Positions 9,974 to 18,274 of a DNA stretch of 20,000 nucleotides are shown here, piece by piece (the stretch's first letter is position 1; each line of letters starts with the position of its first letter). This DNA comes from Candidatus Heimdallarchaeum endolithica. GTDB lineage: Archaea > Asgardarchaeota > Heimdallarchaeia > Heimdallarchaeales > Heimdallarchaeaceae. The DNA lies in contig CP084167.1 of the NCBI GenBank assembly GCA_021513715.1, forward strand, positions 2,815,060-2,835,059. The letters are read 5' to 3'. A program made the position numbers and the translations under genes. The notes under the pieces are model-generated. The model saw nothing but the letters and a program-made list of their open reading frames with translations. It did no database searches and had not been told where the DNA came from.

Positions 9974-10986
9974 AAGCATGTCCAAAAATTCTTTTTCACA
10001 TACTAAACGATACGAAGGAGTAAAAGGTAGTTGTAACAGAGGAGAGAATTATAATGAGTAGAGAGGATGGTGGAGGGTAAACGATCAAGAATTGTGGGAA
10101 GAGAGAGTTTGAGGAGACCAAAGACATGTTCAACACTACAACGATACTCGGGGTGATGATTATGGGGATAGAGACAAGGGTAGAGACGATGAGCTTGAAC
10201 TATTGGTTTGGTCCAAGAGGAGGAGGAGAGGGATAACGAGCATTACTTTTTGGAGGAATAACAGGGAAAAAGGAATGTTGTCTAAGAAGTCCCACGATAT
10301 TTTCTGTCCAGTAGGCACAGTCACCATAAAATCGCAGGAAAGGTCTCAAGAGTGCAGAAGGAAGTTTCTGCCATAGTAAACCGAAGATTTTACTATCGTG
10401 AGTGCTACTAGCAGAATGAGCAAGAGAGACTATAGCTCGAGAGGGTAAACCAACTATAAGGTGTATCTTCCAGAAAAGTTTAGTTTAGAGGTTTTCTTTA
10501 GTGCTCCTCTTCCCCACTTGAGAAAACGCCAAAGAGAAGCTTGACGGATTTTAAATCATGAACTATTCACCGACATAGATTTCAATCCTTTTTTCCTCAC
10601 TATTTCTCCCCCTAAATCTATTATCCACCGCTCCAGCAACTTACTTTCTGTCGCTCTCCATACTGCATGAAAAGTAGATTTAGAAGGAATCTTCTTCATC
10701 CACCCCTCTTCTATCAAAAAATTGCATAAAGACAACTTTTCCTCTAACTTCCTCCAAGCAATTCCTTCTATTCTAGCAATGATCGCTAAAGTCAGTATCA
10801 CCCACCTTTCTGCTATTCTCTTTCTCCCTCTCTTACTTTCTCTCGGTTCCACTTTCACCAGTTTCTTAAGGAAAGGTTCATTAATGATTATGAATTCTCT
10901 TGCTTTGTGGGGTCTAAAATCTGGAAATAGTTCATACTTCCGACATAAACCCCCACATTAATAAAAATTGATTTTTGGACATGCTT
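9974..10986. mobile_element. IS5-like insertion sequence with intact ends and decayed transposase
   Basis: Perfect 16-bp terminal inverted repeats AAGCATGTCCAAAAAT (9974-9989) and ATTTTTGGACATGCTT (10971-10986), flanked by the 8-bp direct repeat TATTATTG (9966-9973 and 10987-10994). Total length is 1013 bp. Confidence 0.9.
10060..10955 (-). pseudogene. IS5-like DDE transposase remnant (in-frame stop and frameshifts)
   Basis: The pieces are consecutive but in different frames: YELFPDFRPHKAREFIIINEPFLKKLVKVEPRESKRGRKRIAERWVILTLAIIARIEGIAWRKLEEKLSL...MSVNSS* / FKIRQASLWRFLKWGRGA / KLFWKIHLIVGLPSRAIVSLAHSASSTHDSKIF...LRFYGDCAYWTENIVGLLRQHSFFPVIPPKSNARYP. The stop sits where a D-S-S-G-F-K motif would be expected. 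Boundaries are approximate. Confidence 0.8.
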
Positions 10987-11007
10987 TATTATTGAAACAA
11001 AAAGAGG

Positions 11008-12402
11008 TTAGAGGTGCTTTAGAAATTCATCAATACCTCTTTCTATTCCTTGCATTAATAGATATCCTCTAGGTCCTTCTTTTGGAGTAATCTCTCCAGC
11101 AACAGGAGTTTGGATAATCTTTTTGACTTCTTTAATATCTCTTGTATGTCCAAGTGCCCAAATAAGTTTAGCATAAGCTGCTGAAGGTAACATATTAGCT
11201 CCTTCAATTACTCCCCTAGATAGCATCTCTCTTCCAGTCTCATAAACTCGAAGATGCGTGTAACCAAAAAGAGGTTCGACAGTCATGACTACAGGAATTT
11301 CTTCCTCTTGACATCGTTCTAGAGCTGGATACATATCTGTTCCAACATGAGCTAGTCCTGTTCCAATTATTACAACTCCATGATAACCAAGATCTACCAT
11401 TGATTCTAGTAGATCTGGTTTCATTCCAGGGTAGAAATATAACATTCCAACTTTGTCATCAATTTTAGCATCTAAATAGAATTCGTCTCTTGGACCTCTG
11501 GGTTTGATATCCTTTCTGAACCAAGTTATCTCATTTTCATCCACTTTTCCTAAAGGAATATCTCCGATTGTACGAAACGCATCTCTTCTTGAACTATGCA
11601 TCTTTCTTACTCTTGTTGCGCGATGGATAAGATTGTATGAGTCTGATGTACCTCCGTGCATACAAACTACTACTTCAGCAAAATTTTCATATCCTGCTAA
11701 TCTTGCGGAGTAGAGAATGTTTTTTGGTCCATCAGAAGAAGGACGGTCAGAACTTCTTTGACTTCCTACTATCACAACTGGAATTGGTAGGTTTCTGAGA
11801 AAATAAGATAATGCAGAACCTGTATAAGCCATTGTATCCGTTCCATGGCCTATGATTATACCTTCTGCTCCTGATTCGATTTCTTTTGCAATTGATTCTG
11901 CTGTTTTTACCCAGAATTGGGGTTGAAAATTTTCACTTAGAATTTGATAGAGGGTTTTTGGTGTTAAGTTTACTAAAGGAATTAACTCTGGTACTGCTGA
12001 AAAAAGTTCTTCTGGGGTAAAAGCTGGGATGACTGCTCCAGTTCGATAATCTAACCTCGAAGCTACTGTTCCTCCTGTTCCTAAAAGTGTAATATTAGGC
12101 AAATTTTCTTTAAATTCTGCATCTACAGAAGGAAGCTTGTATTTTCCTTTTTTGTATCCAATTTCCTCTATTTTTGTATTATCATCAATAAATACTCCTA
12201 AATTGTAACCTGTATCAACCTTTAAAGTAACATATCTATCATCAGTATTCAAGGATCGGGGAAGCAAGATACCCTCATATTTAGCTTCCCCCTTTGTAAT
12301 TCTGATTTCTGCCCAAGTTCTAATCTTATCTTTTACTAATCTTTCTAGTAATTCTCCTCTGTAACCTTCTGGTGGTTCGTAATCTGTCTGTTTATCGTTC
12401 AT
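11008..12402 (-). CDS. gatD: Glutamyl-tRNA(Gln) amidotransferase subunit D (archaeal GatD)
   Basis: 464 aa with L-asparaginase-like motifs TGGTVASRLDYRTGAVIPAF and GIIIGHGTDTMAYTGSALSYFL, plus the GatD N-terminal domain. It is immediately downstream of gatE. Confidence 0.95.
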   Translation of the reverse strand: MNDKQTDYEPPEGYRGELLERLVKDKIRTWAEIRITKGEAKYEGILLPRSLNTDDRYVTLKVDTGYNLGVFIDDNTKIEEIGYKKGKYKLPSVDAEFKENLPNITLLGTGGTVASRLDYRTGAVIPAFTPEELFSAVPELIPLVNLTPKTLYQILSENFQPQFWVKTAESIAKEIESGAEGIIIGHGTDTMAYTGSALSYFLRNLPIPVVIVGSQRSSDRPSSDGPKNILYSARLAGYENFAEVVVCMHGGTSDSYNLIHRATRVRKMHSSRRDAFRTIGDIPLGKVDENEITWFRKDIKPRGPRDEFYLDAKIDDKVGMLYFYPGMKPDLLESMVDLGYHGVVIIGTGLAHVGTDMYPALERCQEEEIPVVMTVEPLFGYTHLRVYETGREMLSRGVIEGANMLPSAAYAKLIWALGHTRDIKEVKKIIQTPVAGEITPKEGPRGYLLMQGIERGIDEFLKHL

Positions 12403-14355
12403 TTATTTGACCTCCAAAAAATTTTCAATCATTTTAGCAATTTTTCCCCCAGAAACACAATTATTCGTTTTTCTTATTATTCTAGCAACAAGATTAGGTA
12501 GAACAAGCTGAAAAGCCATATTTTTATTGCTAACATCTTCAAAAGAAAGGTTTTCTAATTCTTTTTTGATTAAATCCTCGAGCTCTTTCTTATTATACTG
12601 GGTAGAAAAGTGTTCTTTTATAGTTTCTTCAGTAGAATCAGGATTTTCTTGCAAATATTCCAATACACTATTCAGTTGCTCTCTATGTATTATCTCTTTT
12701 GATAGAAACTTTGCACACTTTTTAATAACTTCGTTTGTTAATGGCGTATGCTTACGTCTAAATTCTCTTGGTTTTTCAATTAACAAAGTGTAAGCAACTC
12801 TTCCATCAAGCTTCAATTTATTAGTAAATTCAGAGAATAATTCCAATCTATCATCTCTAATTAATAAATCAACTTGATTTTGTGTGAAATTGTATTTTCT
12901 ACTTAATTCTTCAAATAATTCCCATGGCTTTACTCCTACTTCTTTCTTCCATTCTTTGAGTTTTTCAAGTTCAATTAAAATTGGTGGAGTATCAGTGTCA
13001 GGATAAATCCTGTCTTTACCGTGGATTACTCTTAAAAATTCACTATTTCCATCAGGAGTTACTCTTCTTGTTTCTTGAGGGACACCATCAAGCGCTATTT
13101 TTACTCTCTCTATTATCTTTTTCAAAGCGTGCATACAAGCTTTCTCTGTTCCTTGAACAACAATAAAAGCATCTGTATCTTTTGTATTTAATAATGTTTG
13201 AATTTTTTGATATAATTCTTCATTTATAGGTATTCTACTAAACCTGTTGTTGCGTTTTCTAACAGAATTTTCCTCAAATTCGTCACTGTGGAAATGATAA
13301 TCTGTAGGAATTCCAGTGATTAACATGCTTTTCTCAAAAATATCAATTCCAAAATCCTTACCCGGTTGTATCTCTTTTCCAAATAAGTCCTTCATTTTAG
13401 GAAAGATTGTTGCAAAAACCTTTTTCTTTGGTGGGAGAGCAAAAAGGTGTGAAATGTCTACATATGTGTGTTCAAAATCCTCTTTCTTTAATCCTCTCTC
13501 TTGCATCTCTTTTTGTATTTCAATCAATGAATGCTGTCTAACTACTTCTCTTCTACAGTATTGATCAAACATATGGATGTCTTGCACACCTTTCAATTCG
13601 ACTCTGTCTCCACCTGTAATGCTAATGTTTACATCCTGTCTTACTGCTCCAATTCCTCTTCTACCAATCTTACTTATTCGGAGCACTCGACCAATTTGTA
13701 AGGCAGTTTCAATAAGCTCAGAAGGTGTATCAACATCTAAATGGTCAGTAATAATTTCTGCAAGAGGAACACCTAGTCGATCAAGGTTGTAATAAACAGT
13801 TCTCTCTGAAGTGTCAAACCAATTGACTCTTCTAGCTGCATCTTCTTCAACATGTAAATTGCTTATTCTAACTTTTTTTCCATTCTGCAAAGGAACATAA
13901 CCATCTCTTGCAATAATAAATGTTCTTTGAAAACCCGTAGTGATACTGCCATCAAGATATTGTTTTCTATTAACAACTACCTCTTCAGCAAAAGCCTTAC
14001 AATCAAAATAAAAAGCAAGAATAAACCCTTTTGTGATTGTTTCCATGTCTGGCATAAAAGGAGGAGTTTCATCCATCTCATATGTACAAGTGTTACGTTC
14101 GTTAGCATAATAAATAACCTTGTACCCCTTTTCATACTCAATTAACATTCCTTCGTCAAAATCTCCCATTTCACCTAAAACAGGTCGAAAATAGCGATAA
14201 AAGCTATAATCGAAATTATGAGGGTCTTCTTCAAGAACAGGTTCACAATTACAGAATAACTTCCTTCTTGATTGAAGTTGATGGTGGACTTCAAGTCCAG
14301 CATGGAAACCTAATTTCCTAAAATCATCATCAGTTAAAGAATCTGGGTCTATCAT
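12403..14355 (-). CDS. gatE: Glutamyl-tRNA(Gln) amidotransferase subunit E (archaeal GatE)
   Basis: 650 aa with 'LGFHAGLEVHHQLQSRRKLFCNCEP', 'DVNISITGGDRVELKGVQDI', an inserted GatE/AspRS-like domain and a C-terminal GatB/YqeY-type tail. The gatD ATG directly follows its TAA. Confidence 0.96.
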   Translation of the reverse strand: MIDPDSLTDDDFRKLGFHAGLEVHHQLQSRRKLFCNCEPVLEEDPHNFDYSFYRYFRPVLGEMGDFDEGMLIEYEKGYKVIYYANERNTCTYEMDETPPFMPDMETITKGFILAFYFDCKAFAEEVVVNRKQYLDGSITTGFQRTFIIARDGYVPLQNGKKVRISNLHVEEDAARRVNWFDTSERTVYYNLDRLGVPLAEIITDHLDVDTPSELIETALQIGRVLRISKIGRRGIGAVRQDVNISITGGDRVELKGVQDIHMFDQYCRREVVRQHSLIEIQKEMQERGLKKEDFEHTYVDISHLFALPPKKKVFATIFPKMKDLFGKEIQPGKDFGIDIFEKSMLITGIPTDYHFHSDEFEENSVRKRNNRFSRIPINEELYQKIQTLLNTKDTDAFIVVQGTEKACMHALKKIIERVKIALDGVPQETRRVTPDGNSEFLRVIHGKDRIYPDTDTPPILIELEKLKEWKKEVGVKPWELFEELSRKYNFTQNQVDLLIRDDRLELFSEFTNKLKLDGRVAYTLLIEKPREFRRKHTPLTNEVIKKCAKFLSKEIIHREQLNSVLEYLQENPDSTEETIKEHFSTQYNKKELEDLIKKELENLSFEDVSNKNMAFQLVLPNLVARIIRKTNNCVSGGKIAKMIENFLEVK

Positions 14356-14467
14356 ATTGACTGATTGAAAAAAAAACGTAGAGTTAAAAAGTTTTATTTA
14401 AGTATAATAAATTAAGATAAGAAAAATATAATACTAAAACTAAATTAAAAGGAAAGAATTTAATAAA

Positions 14468-14558
14468 TGGTGCCCCGTGCAGGATTTGAACCTGCCTCTA
14501 TGGTTTTCTGCACTTATGGCCCCACAGACCACAATTCTAGCCGCTAAACTAACGGGGC
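14468..14558 (-). tRNA. tRNA-His (anticodon GTG) with 16-nt canonical intron and encoded CCA
   Basis: Acceptor GCCCCGT/ACGGGGC, D arm GTTT-AGCGGCTA-GAAT, anticodon stem GTGGT/ACCAT, anticodon loop CTGTGG^A, T arm GCAGG-TTCAAAT-CCTGC, discriminator A, CCA. Intron 14506-14521 (GGCCATAAGTGCAGAA) gives a canonical BHB. Its central helix is C32-T35 with GCAG, the 5' bulge is GG|G and the 3' bulge is AA|A. Confidence 0.88.
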
Positions 14559-14587
14559 AATGAGTATGTCTTTTTTTTTTTCTTCAG

Positions 14588-14595
14588 TTTATAAG
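14588..14595 (-). promoter_or_regulatory. TATA-box-like element for tRNA-His
   Basis: Minus-strand CTTATAAA sits about 30 nt upstream of tRNA nucleotide 1. Confidence 0.4.
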
Positions 14596-14660
14596 ATTTT
14601 TCTTCATTAACTTTAAATTAATTGAATATAAGGTTTACAGTTTTAATTTCATTACTTTAA

Positions 14661-14684
14661 ATTAAAAATCTTAAAAGAAAATAC
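14661..14684 (-). terminator. T-rich transcription termination region after the permuted 5S locus
   Basis: Minus strand reads CGTATTTTCTTTTAAGATTTTTAAT just past the external stem. Archaeal terminators are T-tracts. Confidence 0.35.
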
Positions 14685-14689
14685 GTTCT

Positions 14690-14869
<180 letters not shown>

Positions 14870-14907
14870 GTTATTGTTTTTATGAGCAATAGGCTTTTTT
14901 TTTCCCC

Positions 14908-14917
14908 GTTTAAAAAT
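14908..14917 (-). promoter_or_regulatory. TATA-box-like element for the permuted 5S locus
   Basis: Minus-strand ATTTTTAAAC is centred about 27 nt upstream of a possible transcript start near 14886, ahead of the external stem. Confidence 0.35.
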
Positions 14918-15015
14918 CTTACTTTCAATTACTAATCTGCGCTTTTAGTCTTAAGAAAACTTTAAAGTTAAGCTATTACACACTGTTAAAAGGGAAGAAA
15001 ATAAAGGTGTAACTA

Positions 15016-15534
15016 GTGCCGTGGTTAGAGGAAGTTTTACTTGGAGGAACTTTTGATCATCTGCATGATGGACATCGAGCTCTACTAGAATCTGCAATTA
15101 GCTTTGGCAAATTTGTAAGAGTAGGTGTGACTACAGATGCGTTTGCTCGTAGAATGAGAAAGACAGATAAGTATATTTCCTTGTTACAACCTTTAGAGGA
15201 AAGAAAGGCAAGTGTAAGGAAGTTTTTAGAATCTCGAGGATGTACTAATTATGAAATTTTAGTTATAAATGATCGTTATGGTCCTGCTTTAAATTCAGAA
15301 AGTACAGAAGGAATAGTAGTGACAGAAGAGACTTATCCTACCGCTGTAGAAATAAATAAGTTAAGAGCTATAAAGGGATTAGATCAACTTCTCATACTTG
15401 TTATTCCTTTTGTTTATGATGAACAAGGGTTAATTATTAGTTCTCGTAGAATAAGAAAACAATTATACTCTCAGCTCAAAAAAGACGGAAAAAATGATGC
15501 TAATAAGAGTCTATTAACGTTCAACGCTTTTTAA
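15016..15534 (+). CDS. coaD: Phosphopantetheine adenylyltransferase, archaeal type
   Basis: Nucleotidyltransferase signature 'VLLGGTFDHLHDGHRALLESAISFGKFVRVGVTTDAF' and 'VVTEETYPTAVEINKLRAIKGLDQLLILVIPFV...ISSRRIRKQLYS'. Probable GTG start. Confidence 0.9.
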   Translation: MPWLEEVLLGGTFDHLHDGHRALLESAISFGKFVRVGVTTDAFARRMRKTDKYISLLQPLEERKASVRKFLESRGCTNYEILVINDRYGPALNSESTEGIVVTEETYPTAVEINKLRAIKGLDQLLILVIPFVYDEQGLIISSRRIRKQLYSQLKKDGKNDANKSLLTFNAF

Positions 15535-16035
15535 AATACTCTTACCCATTTGTAAAAATGCTTCAGCTACATTCTCACCTGTTTTTGCAGAAGTTTCAAT
15601 GAATCCTATGCAACCATTTTTCTTTGCGAACTCTAATCCTTCTTCGTAAGAAACTTCTCTCATGTCTTCTAAATCATTCTTATTTCCTACTAATATCAGC
15701 ATTATTCTAGGTGATTCAGTTTTAGCTTCATTGATCCATGTTTTTAAGTTATCAAATGTTTTTCTTCTTGTAATGTCATAAGTAATTAATGCTCCCAAAG
15801 ATCCTTTGAAGAAAATCGTTCTCATTGATTGAAATCGTTCCTGTCCTGCAATATCCCATAATTGAAGTACTACTCTAGTACCATCAATGGTTTCAAAACG
15901 AGAGTAAGGTTCCATTCCAATCGTCATTAAATACCCACTTTGGAATTTACCGTGTATAAATCTTTGGACTAAGGACGTTTTTCCTACTGCCCCATCGCCT
16001 AGTAGAAGAATTTTGAATGTATATTTGTATGACAT
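15514..16035 (-). CDS. Rab/Ras-like small GTPase
   Basis: 173 aa with G1 GDGAVGKTS, G3 WDIAGQE, G4 NKND and G5 ETSAK. 'VQRFIHGKF' and 'LITYDITRRKTFDNLKTWI' are Rab-like. Confidence 0.94.
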   Translation of the reverse strand: MSYKYTFKILLLGDGAVGKTSLVQRFIHGKFQSGYLMTIGMEPYSRFETIDGTRVVLQLWDIAGQERFQSMRTIFFKGSLGALITYDITRRKTFDNLKTWINEAKTESPRIMLILVGNKNDLEDMREVSYEEGLEFAKKNGCIGFIETSAKTGENVAEAFLQMGKSILKSVER

Positions 16036-16150
16036 TTCTTTAACCTTTTACTTACTTATTTCCCTTTTCTTTTTTCTTCTTTATTAGTTTTTCTTTAGTT
16101 TTTTCTCTACTAGCGAAAAGTATTTTTTTAGTTAAATCCAGAGCAAAGTA

Positions 16151-16630
16151 ATGTCTAAAGGTAAAATCATTGTTCAACTTCATAATTTTAGTTCGATAAA
16201 CATCTGTACTGACTTTATTCAAACAGCTTCTGCAATAGGGGCTAAAGAAATAGTTTTTTCACAAGCTTCAGGTAGAGGAGCATCTACAGGAATACCTATG
16301 GGTCAAAAAGAGGCTATTAATAGAAAGGTAAACTTTTTCGTTTTTCAAGATATAACAGATACAATTGAACTATTAAAACCTGATGAAGTATATTTATTTA
16401 TAAGAAAACCTTTTTCTAAAGAGGATTTTTCTTCAGAAAAAATAACTGAATCTTATAAACAAGGAAAAACAATATTGTTAGTATTTGGAGGTTCTAAACC
16501 TGGTTTATCCAAAAAGGATCTGGAGTTAGGTACACCTGTATATTTTGAAGGTCTAAATGAACTGAGCTTAATAGGAGAATTAACATTAAGTTTGTATTTG
16601 ATAAGAAAAGAAATTGAAAAAAGTGATTAG
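16151..16630 (+). CDS. Archaeal SPOUT-like / COG4080-type protein (tentative)
   Basis: 159 aa: 'IIVQLHNFSSINICTDFIQTASAIGAKEIVFSQASGRGASTGIPMGQKEAINRKVNFFVFQDITDTIELLKPDEVYLFI'. The layout resembles archaeal COG4080 proteins, from memory and not searched. Confidence 0.55.
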   Translation: MSKGKIIVQLHNFSSINICTDFIQTASAIGAKEIVFSQASGRGASTGIPMGQKEAINRKVNFFVFQDITDTIELLKPDEVYLFIRKPFSKEDFSSEKITESYKQGKTILLVFGGSKPGLSKKDLELGTPVYFEGLNELSLIGELTLSLYLIRKEIEKSD

Positions 16631-17154
16631 GGAAATATTTCTTCATTACTGAACATTAATCGTGTAAGATTCAAAAAAGTTTTTTCAACATTAGTACCAT
16701 CTTTTGCAGAGGTTAAAATATATTCAGCATGTTTATACTTATCAGCGAGTTCTTTTATTTCATCTTCAGAAACTTCTAAATTGGGTAAATCACTTTTGTT
16801 TCCAACAATAATAACTGGTTTGTCTCCTACTACTTCTCTAAAGGAATCTATCCAACTGGGTAAATTCTCAATTGTTTTTCTATTGCAACGATCACAAATT
16901 GCTAGAGCTCCTTCTGAAGCAAAATAGTATTTACTTCTCACTGCTTTAAAGACTGATTGACCTCCGATGTCCCATATAGCTAAATTAACGATTGTATCTA
17001 TGTATTCTATTTCTTTTTTCATTATTGTTGTTCCTAAAGTAATGATGTATGCAGGATTAAAGAGTCCTGTTACAAATCTTCTAACAATAGAGGTTTTTCC
17101 AACTCCTGCATCACCAATTAAAACAATCTTTTTTGTAACTTTCTTGTCTTTCAT
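16627..17154 (-). CDS. Ras-superfamily small GTPase, divergent
   Basis: 175 aa with G1 GDAGVGKTS, G3 WDIGGQ, G4 NKSD and G5 TSAK. Confidence 0.92.
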   Translation of the reverse strand: MKDKKVTKKIVLIGDAGVGKTSIVRRFVTGLFNPAYIITLGTTIMKKEIEYIDTIVNLAIWDIGGQSVFKAVRSKYYFASEGALAICDRCNRKTIENLPSWIDSFREVVGDKPVIIVGNKSDLPNLEVSEDEIKELADKYKHAEYILTSAKDGTNVEKTFLNLTRLMFSNEEIFP

Positions 17155-17212
17155 TTCGTTTATCCCTGTCTTGTAACTCTATTTGTTAATTCTATTAATA
17201 GTTTTCTTCTTT

Positions 17213-18067
17213 TTAAGAGTAGAATTTTACAGAAGAGTATCCTACAACACGTATTTTATCTCCTGCTGTATCGCCAGAAGAAGCATACTTTAATATTTTA
17301 CTCTTTGTTCTACCTGTTTCTAAAGCTGCAGTTATTGTAGCTGCAATGGGTCCAGCCCCACACATTGTTACATTTTTGGATTGTTTAATATTATACATCT
17401 CATAAACATCCATCTGTTCAATGGCATTAAGAACTGCTAAATCTTTTTCTTTCGCTCTTTCATATGGTTCTTGGTGTGTTAAATCAGAACTAGCTATTAT
17501 AATAACTTCTTTGTTTTTACAAACTTTTGCTATGCTCTGCCCAAGTTTAATACTAGATTCTATGCTCTGATAAGTCATGGCTATAGGAACAAATTTGAAC
17601 TTTTTTTCTCCAAATATATATTGAAGAAAAGGCAATTGAACTTCTATTGAGTGTTCTCGATGATGAGCTAAATCACTTTCCCCAATATTTTCATTTTCAT
17701 TAACTAACTCTTGTTTTACTTCCTTGTCAATAGAGACTATACCCAACGGGGTTTCCCATTCTGTAATTCGTTCAACAGTAGCAATATCTGGACCAACTCC
17801 ATAATGATTTGGACCGAGAATTATTACCGTTTCTGGGAGTTCGATTTTACTAAGTTCAAAATATGTCCAAGCTGCAATAGGGCCAGAATAAATATATCCT
17901 GCATGAGGAGCGACATAATACTCTAATTGTCTTTTTTCTCTATTCTCTTTAATTGGAAAAGTTTGAGGGCCGACAGGACTACTAAAGCTTTTTTCTATAA
18001 GACTGACTAACTCATCTTTTCTAGATGGATAGAACATTCCAGCTACTGCTGCTGTTCTTTTTGTCAT
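17213..18067 (-). CDS. Memo-family protein (AmmeMemoRadiSam system protein B)
   Basis: 284 aa: 'RTAAVAGMFYPSRKDELVSLIEKSF', 'YYVAPHAGYIYSGPIAAWTYFEL', 'VILGPNHYG', 'REHSIEVQLPFLQYIF', 'IIIASSDLTHQEPYERA', 'MCGAGPIAATI'. Confidence 0.95.
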   Translation of the reverse strand: MTKRTAAVAGMFYPSRKDELVSLIEKSFSSPVGPQTFPIKENREKRQLEYYVAPHAGYIYSGPIAAWTYFELSKIELPETVIILGPNHYGVGPDIATVERITEWETPLGIVSIDKEVKQELVNENENIGESDLAHHREHSIEVQLPFLQYIFGEKKFKFVPIAMTYQSIESSIKLGQSIAKVCKNKEVIIIASSDLTHQEPYERAKEKDLAVLNAIEQMDVYEMYNIKQSKNVTMCGAGPIAATITAALETGRTKSKILKYASSGDTAGDKIRVVGYSSVKFYS

Positions 18068-18109
18068 GAATAACTTTTTTTTACAAAATTTTTAAATGTT
18101 AGGGAAGAG

Positions 18110-18272
18110 GGAGAAAAAAAAAGAGAAAGACGGAGAAAAAATAACGAGGGATGAATGGATGAATGAATGTAGGTTTTTATAGGAAAAAGAGTAATAGTAA
18201 ATAAGGAAAAAAAGTAAATAAGTAAAGGAAAGAGTAAAGGGAATAAATGAAGGAAGAAGTAAGGGGAAAGAA
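18110..18272 (+). repeat. Purine-rich low-complexity tract upstream of tnpB
   Basis: Nearly continuous A/G sequence with short imperfect repeats, e.g. GGATGAATGGATGAATGAATG and GTAAATAAG / GTAAAGG. Confidence 0.6.
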
Positions 18273-18274
18273 GA

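Noticed and set aside
10722-10961. ORF 10722..10961 (+)
   Set aside because: Antisense to the transposase pseudogene, which has recognisable transposase-like protein sequence on the minus strand.
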